A stretch of DNA of 64,000 nt. Source: Chloroflexota bacterium (lineage in GTDB: Bacteria > Chloroflexota > Dehalococcoidia > SZUA-161 > SpSt-899). A program made the translations under genes and the position numbers. Below the pieces are notes generated by a model. It saw nothing but the letters and a program-made list of their open reading frames with translations, was not told the DNA's origin and did no database searches. Of the stretch, positions 18,391-27,619 are shown in pieces (within the stretch, counting starts at the first letter, position 1; every line of letters starts with the position of its first letter). The stretch covers positions 28,373-92,372 of the forward strand of contig JABMQN010000014.1 in the NCBI GenBank assembly GCA_013203045.1, read 5' to 3'.

Positions 18391-18432
18391 CCTCTTGAAA
18401 GTAAATTCCGCATTGAATTGAGTGAGGAAAAC

Positions 18433-19878
18433 ATGAATCCTATCGATATACCTACGTTTCAGCCTCGGTTGAAGGTCTTATCTCGAGAACAGGTTCTGGC
18501 GATCCACACGGCAGCACTGGAAATCCTGGAAAAGACAGGGTTTAGAATGGAGCATCCAGATGCCTTGAAAATGCTTGCGGATGCAGGTTGCAGAGTATCC
18601 GATGATAACTGGGTCAGAATGCCCGGTCATCTTGCTGAACAAGCTCTTAAGTCAGCTCCCAGACAGATTGCGTTACATGATCAGAAGGGTAACAAAACCA
18701 TGCCTCTGGTCGATGGCAATCCCTTCTATGGCACAGGTTCAGACACAACGTTCACACATGACCTCGAAACTGGACAACGGCGCCGCACAGTCCTTCAGGA
18801 TATAGCCAATTTCGCCAAACTGGTTGATGGGTTGGAGAATATTTCGTTTGCCATGTCAATGTCCAATCCGGAAGATGTCCCGATTGAAAATATCTATGTT
18901 TACGCTTTTGCAGAAATTGTTAAAAATACCAACAAACCTATCGTGTTCATATCAGATAGCGGTAAAGACATAGCAAAAATTCATCAGATTGCATGTGCAG
19001 TGGTGGGAGGTGAGGAGGAATTCCGCCGGAAGCCATTTATTCTAAATTATTCCGAAGCAATAAGTCCGCTAAGATTCCCTGAAAACGTAATGGAAAAGCT
19101 TATCTTCTGTGCGCAGAAAAGTATACCGATTTGCTTCCCCTCAGGTTCCAATGCAGGTGGTGGAGCGCCTATTACTCTGGCCGGTGCGATGGCTCTTGGG
19201 ATCGCTGAGAATCTAGTGGGATTAACGGTCCATCAAATGTTCGGTAAAGGGTCTCCGTTCCTATTTGGTCCAAACGTTAGTACGTTGGATATGAAATCGA
19301 CCGTTGTATCTTACGGATGCCCGGAGTGGGCACTAACACAGGCTGCTCTCGCTGATATGCGAGATGAACTCTATGGTTTGCCCATCTGGGCTTATTCAGG
19401 AGCATCGGATGCAAAGGTAATGGATGCTCAGGCTGGTGCAGAGGCCATGTTCTCAATAATTACATCAATGTTATCCCGCTGTAACTTGATCCACGATAAC
19501 GGATACCTCGAGTATGGTGGTATTTCATCACTCGAGATGGTGACGATGGTAAATGAGTTAGTAGCCATGAGCCGCTTCTTTGTCCAGGGGATCCCGGTCA
19601 ACGAGGAAACATTAGCTTTGGAAGCAATTCATCGGGTGGGGAGTGTGCCTGGTTCCATGTTCCTAACGGACGACCATACCTTTGATAATTTTACGCAGGC
19701 TCAGTTCATACCCAAACTTCTGGATCGGTCACGTTACGATACTTGGGAAGAAGAGGGGGCACAGGACTTCTACAAACGTTGTAACGTGGAGGCAAAGAGA
19801 ATTCTTGCTGAACATCAAGTGGAACCTAAATCAGATGAAATACTCCAAGCTATCGATAAAATTGTTCAAGGGGGATAA
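18433..19878 (+). CDS. Trimethylamine methyltransferase (MttB) superfamily protein, pyrrolysine-free
   Basis: IH.AAL.ILE..G, SPL, APITLAG, DMKS, GASDAK.MDAQAG.E, G.FL...HT, R..YDTW. Start taken at ATG 18433 (SD GAGGA). Confidence 0.9.
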   Translation: MNPIDIPTFQPRLKVLSREQVLAIHTAALEILEKTGFRMEHPDALKMLADAGCRVSDDNWVRMPGHLAEQALKSAPRQIALHDQKGNKTMPLVDGNPFYGTGSDTTFTHDLETGQRRRTVLQDIANFAKLVDGLENISFAMSMSNPEDVPIENIYVYAFAEIVKNTNKPIVFISDSGKDIAKIHQIACAVVGGEEEFRRKPFILNYSEAISPLRFPENVMEKLIFCAQKSIPICFPSGSNAGGGAPITLAGAMALGIAENLVGLTVHQMFGKGSPFLFGPNVSTLDMKSTVVSYGCPEWALTQAALADMRDELYGLPIWAYSGASDAKVMDAQAGAEAMFSIITSMLSRCNLIHDNGYLEYGGISSLEMVTMVNELVAMSRFFVQGIPVNEETLALEAIHRVGSVPGSMFLTDDHTFDNFTQAQFIPKLLDRSRYDTWEEEGAQDFYKRCNVEAKRILAEHQVEPKSDEILQAIDKIVQGG

Positions 19879-19893
19879 CCAAGCGTTTTACTC

Positions 19894-21330
19894 ATGAAGA
19901 AGAGTTCGCCATTTTATCAACCGATTTCTCCTGAACACGTTCAGCAGATCGATCAGAAAGGACGCCGGATACTCGATGAAATCGGTATTTCAATCTCTGA
20001 TAGCACTTTTCGAGAAAGACTCGAAGATGCAGGCGCTCAGGTAGATCATGACAATGGGCGAGTTCGTTTTGGTGGAGACTGTCTCGATCGGCTCTTGAGT
20101 CGAGCCCCCTCTCAATTCATACTTTTCTCACGTGATGGCCGGAATGATATACACCTTGGTGAAGGTCATGTCTATTTTGGCAATGGTGGACGCGTGTTTC
20201 GCATTTTAGATATGAGAACGGGCGGTTATCGTTACACCATGATGCGCGATATTGCCAATACAGCAATTTTAGTAGACCATCTGGACTATATACAGTTTTA
20301 TATCATTGCGTGTCAAGCCCACGACTTGGAAAGAGATAGTTATCATCTAAACGATTTTTATCGGGCTTTTTACCACACTACAAAGCATGTGATGGGCGGT
20401 TGTGATGATACAGATGGCGCCAATCAAATGTGGGAGCTTGCCTGTTTAATAGCAGATGGGGAAGAAAATCTCAGAGAGCGGCCTTTCATATCAGCCATTA
20501 CAAATGTCATTAGCCCACTGACAATCGATACCAATACTCTGCAAATTATTGAATTCTGTACCTCAAAAGGGATTCCAATTACCTGTGCTCCAGCTCCTAT
20601 AGCTGGGGCAACAGCTCCGGCAACACTAGCCGGAACGCTCTCCCAACTTCACGCGGAATCGCTTGCTGGAGTAGCAGTCACTCAGGCCATAACCCCAGGA
20701 GCAAAGATTCTCTATGGTGCAGTTCCTTCTGCCATGGATTTGCGAACGATGGAATACACCATGGGCACAGTCGAAATGGCGATGATGAATGCTGCTGCGG
20801 TTCAATTGGCAAAACTATATGATTTACCAATCTATGCCTCGGCAGGTCTTACCGAATCCAAACGGCCAGATATTCAGGCTGGCTCTGAAAAGCTCTTTTC
20901 CAATTTGACAGTAGCAATGGCCGGAGCCGATTATATCCATCTGGCAGCCGGAATGCTGGATTCCGGTAATTCTATTTCTTACGAACAGTACGTAATTGAT
21001 AACGAAATCATTGGGATGATTCACAGGATACTGTCAGGCATAGAGGTGAACGAAGATACACTTGGGTTTGATGTTATCGAACAGGTTGGACCTGGCGGCA
21101 ACTACGTGTTGGAAGATCATACGGTTGATCATATGATGGATGAGTTCTTCTATCCCAATTTGAGTGTGCGATCCAATTTCGACGTGTGGGAAGAGAAAGG
21201 CAGGCCAGATATGTTGAGCCGCGCTCATGAAATGGTTGATAAAACCTTAAACCATGGTAGGGAAGGCCGGTTGGACCCGCGTTTGATCTCGATGATAAAG
21301 GATACCTTTCCTGCCATAATCAAGATCTAA
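19894..21330 (+). CDS. Second MttB-superfamily methyltransferase, pyrrolysine-free
   Basis: ISPL, ATAPATLAG, MDLRT, GLTESKRPDIQAG.EK, AAGMLDSG, VGPGGNY. Confidence 0.9.
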   Translation: MKKSSPFYQPISPEHVQQIDQKGRRILDEIGISISDSTFRERLEDAGAQVDHDNGRVRFGGDCLDRLLSRAPSQFILFSRDGRNDIHLGEGHVYFGNGGRVFRILDMRTGGYRYTMMRDIANTAILVDHLDYIQFYIIACQAHDLERDSYHLNDFYRAFYHTTKHVMGGCDDTDGANQMWELACLIADGEENLRERPFISAITNVISPLTIDTNTLQIIEFCTSKGIPITCAPAPIAGATAPATLAGTLSQLHAESLAGVAVTQAITPGAKILYGAVPSAMDLRTMEYTMGTVEMAMMNAAAVQLAKLYDLPIYASAGLTESKRPDIQAGSEKLFSNLTVAMAGADYIHLAAGMLDSGNSISYEQYVIDNEIIGMIHRILSGIEVNEDTLGFDVIEQVGPGGNYVLEDHTVDHMMDEFFYPNLSVRSNFDVWEEKGRPDMLSRAHEMVDKTLNHGREGRLDPRLISMIKDTFPAIIKI

Positions 21331-21331
21331 G

Positions 21332-21949
21332 ATGTCTTCACCCGAAGAGACCAGAGAGCCTGTACGCATCATTGCTTGTGGTGTATTTAAGCCTGCACTA
21401 CGGCATCTTCACTTGGAAGATCGTTACCCCAATGTTCGAGTTACATTCCTGCCCTCAGTGTTACATCTAAGGCCACCAGATCTAAGGAACTTCTTGCGCA
21501 AAGAGATTCAATCTGCCCACCAACGCAACGAACGGGTCATATGCCTCTATGGGGATTGTTTTCCCGATATTGATGACTTCTGTGATCAATATGACGTAAC
21601 AAAAGTACCCGGAGCTTATTGTTACGAGATGTTTCTCGGACCAAAACGTTTCAAGCAGCTTTTAGATGAAACCGCTGGAACATATTTCATGGAGAAAGAC
21701 CTCATAATGAATTTCGAGCAACATTGCCTGATTCCTTTGGAACTCCATGATAAAACAATGAGGGAATACTGTTTTGAACACTATAAGAAACTGTTGTATG
21801 TACGGCAACCGGCCGATCCTGACCTAGAATCACAGGCAAATGAAATAGCTGATTTCCTTGAATTGGCACTGGATGTCAAAGATGCCGATTATTCTTTTCT
21901 TGAAAATAAACTTGATGAGTTGATAAAATCTAAATCTTCTCAAAAATGA
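21332..21949 (+). CDS. DUF1638 domain protein
   Basis: IIACGVF, LHL.P, LYGDC, CYEMFLG, GTYF. Confidence 0.75.
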   Translation: MSSPEETREPVRIIACGVFKPALRHLHLEDRYPNVRVTFLPSVLHLRPPDLRNFLRKEIQSAHQRNERVICLYGDCFPDIDDFCDQYDVTKVPGAYCYEMFLGPKRFKQLLDETAGTYFMEKDLIMNFEQHCLIPLELHDKTMREYCFEHYKKLLYVRQPADPDLESQANEIADFLELALDVKDADYSFLENKLDELIKSKSSQK

Positions 21950-22001
21950 ATACTTCACACCATCTTTATCGGCACCTTCAACTCGTGCAAGGGCTATTAG
22001 A

Positions 22002-24332
22002 ATGAAAGAGTCTCACAATCCAAAGGCCAGAAAAAAGAGAACTGAATACATTTGGCTGAATGTTTTACCGGATGACCTCTGGTTGAATGTCCGTAGAGGA
22101 GATACGCTCTTCGATGTGTTACAAGAGGCCGGTATCGAATTGGATGCTGATTGTGGCGGATTGGGGAAATGCGGTAAATGCAAGGTCAGAATTCTCACTT
22201 CAATTAAGCCTCCATCCTCAGATGAGGAAGGGTTTCTCAACCAAGAAGAAATCGATCAGGGTGTTCGCCTTGCCTGCCGCACCCAGATTAATAGCGATAT
22301 GGTTGTTCAAGTAGGTGAAACCGAGATTGGCACTGAATATGTGCAGATTCTGAAATCAGGTCATCGGCCACTCTTCCAATTGGATCCTCTTGTCAAAAAA
22401 CAATTTATTACATTGGCTACCCATCACAAAGACGAGGGACTTTCTGACTTCGATAGAATAAAACTGGCAATGGGACCCGACTACCTGGATATGACTGCCT
22501 CACTGAGTTGCCTACGTACGTTACCTCAATCAATGAAAGAAACTGAAGCTCATGGAGCAGCGGTCCTTCATGAAAAGCATTTGTTAGATTGGCAAGGTTG
22601 GGGGAAACTGGCATATGGTTATGGGTTGGTCTTTGATCTTGGTACCACAACTTTAGTTGGCAAGCTCATCGACCTTTCTGATGGCACAGAAGTGGCTGTT
22701 ATTTCTCGGCTCAACGGACAAATCAGGTATGGATCAGATATAATCAGTCGGCTCCAATATGTTAAAGATAATCCCAATGGCCTCGCGCGACTTCATAATC
22801 TTCTCATAGGAAATCTTAATAGAATTACCAGGCGCCTTGTAGAAGTGGGAGGTTTAGTTACCAATGACATCTTTATCGCTGTTGCAGCCGGTAATACTAT
22901 TATGTTGCATCTTCTCCTTGGTCTACCTCCCGACGGAATAGCGGAAGCCCCATTTGCACCGGTGCTTAGTGACGGTATGACCATAAAGGCATCAGACATC
23001 GATCTACAGCTACACCCGGAAGCTCTGCTCTACACCATGCCAATGAAATCAGGCTATATCGGCGGGGATTTGATTAGTGTCATTCTCGCTTCCGGAGCTA
23101 CTGAACAGGAAGATAAAATCATTCTTGGACTAGATCTCGGTACTAACGGGGAGATTTTTTTAGGAAACCGCAAGAGATTGATGACTTGTTCCGCGGCAGC
23201 AGGACCCGCTCTGGAAGGTGCAAGAATTTCCTCAGGGATGATAGCCAAAGACGGAGCAATCGAGGCAGTAGGATTCGAAAAAGGAAATCTCCAATATCGT
23301 GATATTGCCAATATCAAGCCTAAAGGGCTCTGCGGTAGTGGACTTGTAGATTTGATAGCAGTACTTCTACAGCTCGGAATTATCGATGAGGAAGGGTTAA
23401 TCACCACTCCTAGGATGAGCATAGCACAGGGCTTGGCTCCAAAGGTAATCAATAAAAATGGTGTTAATAATTTTCTTGTAGCTCCCGCTGAAGAAAGCTA
23501 TGATGACAAACCCATATTTTTAACTCAGCAGGATGTCCGCGAATTGCAACTTGCCAAAGCGGCTGTCGCTGCTGGTATAGCAACTCTCATGGACGAAATG
23601 GGAATTGGGGTTGAGGACATCGATCAAGTTTATATGGCCGGAGCGCTTGGCAACTACGTCAACCCACACAGTGCAATTCGCATTGGGCTTATTCCTAGAA
23701 TAGATACTGACAAGATCACATCGTTGGGAAACGCGGCCAGCACCGGTGCATCCATGGCGCTATTATCCAAATTTTACTGGCAAATGGCCAACGAGCTTAT
23801 AGACTTCATTGAACACATTGAACTTTCTTCACGGCTTGACTTCAATGAATACTATGTTGAGCACATGGATTTCACCAGAGAAGAGCCTCTTGATGTTCAT
23901 CATGAAGAAGTGGAAAATGTCATGAAAACCATAGCGGTAGGTTCAGTAATGACTCGCGACTTTCCTGCGATGAGCTCCACTATGCTGGCCAGAGAGATTG
24001 CCAATATGTCACGCGATACGGGCCACCACGGATTCCCGGTTGTTGATGAGGAAGGACACCTGGTGGGGGTTGTCACACTCGCAGACCTGGCAAGTTGCTT
24101 GCGAGCCGGAAACGCTGATCTCCCAGTGGGTGATATTGTCACCAAGTTCCCTTTGGTAGCTTTTCCGGACCAGTCATTGTATGAAGTTCTAACCGCCACT
24201 GATGAAGACTACGGACGCATCCCGGTTGTTTCCAGAGAAGACGAAGGCCACTTGCTTGGGGTGCTACGGCGCCAGGACATTATCCGTGCCTATCGCAACA
24301 AACTTGCAAAATTTGTACAGGCAGAAGCATAA
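22002..24332 (+). CDS. RACo/ASKHA corrinoid activator fused to a C-terminal CBS pair
   Basis: CGGLGKCGKC, DLGTTT, GYIGGD, DLGTNGE, GPALEG, GLCGSG, QLAKAA. The tail VMTRDFP...HHGFPVVDEEG.LVGVVT..D...RIPVV...LLGVLRRQDI is a CBS pair. Confidence 0.9.
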   Translation: MKESHNPKARKKRTEYIWLNVLPDDLWLNVRRGDTLFDVLQEAGIELDADCGGLGKCGKCKVRILTSIKPPSSDEEGFLNQEEIDQGVRLACRTQINSDMVVQVGETEIGTEYVQILKSGHRPLFQLDPLVKKQFITLATHHKDEGLSDFDRIKLAMGPDYLDMTASLSCLRTLPQSMKETEAHGAAVLHEKHLLDWQGWGKLAYGYGLVFDLGTTTLVGKLIDLSDGTEVAVISRLNGQIRYGSDIISRLQYVKDNPNGLARLHNLLIGNLNRITRRLVEVGGLVTNDIFIAVAAGNTIMLHLLLGLPPDGIAEAPFAPVLSDGMTIKASDIDLQLHPEALLYTMPMKSGYIGGDLISVILASGATEQEDKIILGLDLGTNGEIFLGNRKRLMTCSAAAGPALEGARISSGMIAKDGAIEAVGFEKGNLQYRDIANIKPKGLCGSGLVDLIAVLLQLGIIDEEGLITTPRMSIAQGLAPKVINKNGVNNFLVAPAEESYDDKPIFLTQQDVRELQLAKAAVAAGIATLMDEMGIGVEDIDQVYMAGALGNYVNPHSAIRIGLIPRIDTDKITSLGNAASTGASMALLSKFYWQMANELIDFIEHIELSSRLDFNEYYVEHMDFTREEPLDVHHEEVENVMKTIAVGSVMTRDFPAMSSTMLAREIANMSRDTGHHGFPVVDEEGHLVGVVTLADLASCLRAGNADLPVGDIVTKFPLVAFPDQSLYEVLTATDEDYGRIPVVSREDEGHLLGVLRRQDIIRAYRNKLAKFVQAEA

Positions 24333-24402
24333 TCCTCATTTTCCATTCACAGCGCAAGATACGCCGTGATTTATTGTCAGTAGAATAACTCGGAGGGGAC
24401 TA

Positions 24403-25608
24403 ATGATTGAACTCGAAATACTCAAGGGTCTCTCGGTGGAAACACCATCAAAAATCGTTCTTCTGATTTTCGATGGCCTGGGAGGAATACCTCATCCTGA
24501 TACCAGCAAGACAGAACTGGAAAGCGCCAAAACCCCTAACCTCGACCGACTGGCTGCGGAAGGTATCTGCGGACTAACCGACCCTGTAAGCCCAGGCATC
24601 ACGCCTGGCAGTGGTCCCGGACACCTTTCTTTGTTCGGCTACGACCCTGTGAAATATCTCGTAGGCCGCGGAGTATTAGAAGCCCTTGGCATGGAATTCG
24701 ATTTAGTTAAAGGAGATGTTGCTGCCAGATGTAACTACTGTACAGTTGACGATAGTGGTGTGATCACAGATCGCCGTGCAGGCCGGATACCAAGCGAGCA
24801 GAACGCTGAACTCTGTGAAAAGCTCCGAGAGATCAAGATAGACGGAATCGAAATGTTTATCATGCCCGGAAAGGAACACCGTTTCGCTATCGTTTTTAGG
24901 GGGCATGGTCTTACAGGTGAAGTTAACGACACCGACCCGCAAAAAGTCGGGATGAAACCGAGGGAAGCTATTTCGTTATCAACAGATGCAACCAAACTGG
25001 CTAACGTTATCCATGAATTCATCTCTCATGCGAAGTCTATTCTTGCCAACTCCTATCCGGCTAACATGATCCTCTTTCGCGGAATATCGCAAAAGCCTAA
25101 TTTGCCGATGATGGGTAATATCTTCAAATTGAATCCAGCTGCTATAGCCACCTATCCAATGTATCGAGGAATGGCTCGACTGGTAGGAATGGAAATCTTG
25201 AACACAGGTAGCACGTTTTCTGATGAACTAGATACTCTGGTAGCGAACTGGAATAATCACGATTTCTTTTACGTTCATATCAAGTACACTGATTCAGCGG
25301 GTGAAGATGGTGATTTCGAAAGGAAAGTCAGGGTGATTGAAGAGGCCGATGCACTACTGCCAAAGCTTATCGATCTGAAGCCTGATGTGCTGGTTGTAAC
25401 TGGCGATCATTCTACCCCTGCCATGCTCAAAGGACACAGCTGGCACCCGGTTCCATTACTTCTGCGAGCACAACATTGCCGTACCGATGATTCAAGGGAA
25501 TTCTCAGAGACAGCATGCACAAGAGGAGGCTTGGGCAGGATACTTGCTACAGACATTATGCCACTAGCCATGGCTAACGCTTTGAAACTTGATAAATTCG
25601 GGGCTTGA
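24403..25608 (+). CDS. apgM: 2,3-bisphosphoglycerate-independent phosphoglycerate mutase (ApgM type)
   Basis: DGLGG, TPNLD, PGSGPGHLSLFGY, GRGVLEALG, DRRAGRI, TGDHSTP, HSWHPVP. Confidence 0.93.
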   Translation: MIELEILKGLSVETPSKIVLLIFDGLGGIPHPDTSKTELESAKTPNLDRLAAEGICGLTDPVSPGITPGSGPGHLSLFGYDPVKYLVGRGVLEALGMEFDLVKGDVAARCNYCTVDDSGVITDRRAGRIPSEQNAELCEKLREIKIDGIEMFIMPGKEHRFAIVFRGHGLTGEVNDTDPQKVGMKPREAISLSTDATKLANVIHEFISHAKSILANSYPANMILFRGISQKPNLPMMGNIFKLNPAAIATYPMYRGMARLVGMEILNTGSTFSDELDTLVANWNNHDFFYVHIKYTDSAGEDGDFERKVRVIEEADALLPKLIDLKPDVLVVTGDHSTPAMLKGHSWHPVPLLLRAQHCRTDDSREFSETACTRGGLGRILATDIMPLAMANALKLDKFGA

Positions 25609-25619
25609 GGAGACAGAAC

Positions 25620-26378
25620 ATGAGAACACCAATCATTACTGGCAACTGGAAAATGAACAATACCATATTTGAATCGGTTCGCCTCATTGGAGACATGAAA
25701 GAACGGCTTGAGAGTATTGGTGGATGCGAAGCAGTAGTCTGTCCACCCTTCGTTTCGCTACCCAAGGTCGCTGAAATGCTGATGGGATCATCAATCGGGG
25801 TAGGGGCTCAGAATATGTATCATGAAGATAAAGGAGCTTTCACTGGCGAAGTGTCACCTTCAATGCTCAAAGGTATTTGCCAGTATGTGATTTTGGGGCA
25901 CTCAGAGCGTCGAGGAATTTTTGGGGAAACGGATGAGATGGTAAATAAAAAAATCAAAGCAGCTCTAAATGCGGATCTTAAACCCATCGTATGTGTTGGG
26001 GAAACACTTGATGAGAACGAAGCAAACAAAACAGAAGAAGTTGTTACTCGCCAGGTCAAGGCGGCGTTAGAAGGACTTTCATCATTAGAGAACGTCATTA
26101 TTGCCTACGAACCTATTTGGGCAATTGGTACAGGAAAGGCAGCTACCGAAGAACAAGCTAACGATACCATAGGTCTGGTGCGAAGCGTTATAGCTCAGCT
26201 TTACGGCGAAGCCGCTCAGGAGCTTCGCATTCAATACGGCGGAAGTGCTAATGCCGCAAATATTTATGCGCTTATGGCTCAACCTGAAATAGACGGTGCG
26301 CTGGTGGGTGGCGCTAGCCTCAAGGCCGATGAGTTCGTAAGCATGGTGGAACAGGCAGCAAAAGCCAAATCAGTATGA
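25620..26378 (+). CDS. tpiA: Triosephosphate isomerase
   Basis: GNWKMN, GAFTGE, GHSERR, AYEPIWAIGTG, YGGS, LVGGASL; start taken at ATG 25620. Confidence 0.97.
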   Translation: MRTPIITGNWKMNNTIFESVRLIGDMKERLESIGGCEAVVCPPFVSLPKVAEMLMGSSIGVGAQNMYHEDKGAFTGEVSPSMLKGICQYVILGHSERRGIFGETDEMVNKKIKAALNADLKPIVCVGETLDENEANKTEEVVTRQVKAALEGLSSLENVIIAYEPIWAIGTGKAATEEQANDTIGLVRSVIAQLYGEAAQELRIQYGGSANAANIYALMAQPEIDGALVGGASLKADEFVSMVEQAAKAKSV

Positions 26379-27295
26379 ACAAACCACTCATAGCCATTGT
26401 AGGACCCACTGCGGTAGGCAAAACGGGATTGGCGATTGAAATTGCCCAAAGGATCGATGGGGAAATCGTAAATGCAGATAGCCGCCAAATTTACCGTTAT
26501 ATGGATATCGGCACTGCCAAGCCCACTCCCGAAGAACAAACTGTTGTCCCCCATCATTTGTTCGATATTATAGACCCCGATGAAGAATTCAGCCTGGCCC
26601 TTTATCGAGACTCGGCCACCAAGTCTATCAGCGATATCCACAAGAAAGAGAAGTTACCCATAATAGTGGGTGGTAGCGGACAATACATCTGGGGAATTCT
26701 TGAGGGGTGGACCATACCGGAAGTTCCGCCGAACCCTCAACTTAGACAGGAACTTGAATCAAGAGCAGAATGTGAGGGTGGCGACACTCTGTATCAAGAA
26801 CTCCAAAACTTGGATCCCGAAGCGGCAGCTAAAATCGATCCCCGAAATGTACGGCGCGTGATCCGGGCACTGGAGGTATGCCACTCAACCGGCGAACTTT
26901 TCTCTGATCTCCGGAAGAAAAATCCTCCTGACTATGATATGCAAATTCTGGGACTAACAACCGATAGAACAAGGTTGTATGATCGGATTGATAGGCGCGT
27001 GGACATCATGATTGAACAAGGGTTCGTTGAAGAAGTACGAGGTCTTCTCGAACGTGGCTATTCTCTCGATCTTCCCGCTATGTCGAGTTTGGGATACCGT
27101 GAGATTGGCCGATTTATCAATGGCGAAATTGACTTACCTGAAGTAAGTCAGCAAATAAAGTTTGCTACCCACAAGTTTGCACGGCACCAATACTCTTGGT
27201 TTCGATTGAGTGATTCTCGCATTCAGTGGTTTGATATTGGTGAAGACAATGCCCGAATAGTAGCGCAGGTTGAAGCCAACGTGCGATATTTATGA
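26375..27295 (+). CDS. miaA: tRNA dimethylallyltransferase
   Basis: GPTAVGKT, ADSRQIY, DIGTAKP, VGGSGQY, RVIRALEV. Confidence 0.96.
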   Translation: MNKPLIAIVGPTAVGKTGLAIEIAQRIDGEIVNADSRQIYRYMDIGTAKPTPEEQTVVPHHLFDIIDPDEEFSLALYRDSATKSISDIHKKEKLPIIVGGSGQYIWGILEGWTIPEVPPNPQLRQELESRAECEGGDTLYQELQNLDPEAAAKIDPRNVRRVIRALEVCHSTGELFSDLRKKNPPDYDMQILGLTTDRTRLYDRIDRRVDIMIEQGFVEEVRGLLERGYSLDLPAMSSLGYREIGRFINGEIDLPEVSQQIKFATHKFARHQYSWFRLSDSRIQWFDIGEDNARIVAQVEANVRYL

Positions 27296-27356
27296 CTTGT
27301 GCCAAACATTGACTTAAACGCTTGCGCCTGCGATTGCATGCCAATATAATCCAAGT

Positions 27357-27599
27357 ATGAATGAACCGGATAATCCTACACCGATACCCAACCCCGAATT
27401 GCTGATCAGGCTGGCCAAGACCCGCATGCCTTTTGGGAAATATGCCGGACGCTATCTGGTCGATCTTCCTGAGCCATATCTAACCTGGTTTTCAAGAAAG
27501 GGATTTCCGCAGAATGAACTGGGTGAGATGCTGCAAATGATCTATGAACTCAAAATCAACGGGCTTGGATACTTGCTCAACCCACTTAAGGAATTGTGA
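27357..27599 (+). CDS. DUF3820 family protein
   Basis: MPFGKYAGR.L.DLPEPYL.WF..KGFP..ELG..L...YELKINGL. Confidence 0.85.
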   Translation: MNEPDNPTPIPNPELLIRLAKTRMPFGKYAGRYLVDLPEPYLTWFSRKGFPQNELGEMLQMIYELKINGLGYLLNPLKEL

Positions 27600-27619
27600 G
27601 CTAATTTGATTTATACGAG

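Noticed and set aside
18433-21330. Pyrrolysine read-through in the MttB genes
   Set aside because: Both are full length with no in-frame TAG; Ala and Leu occupy the site.
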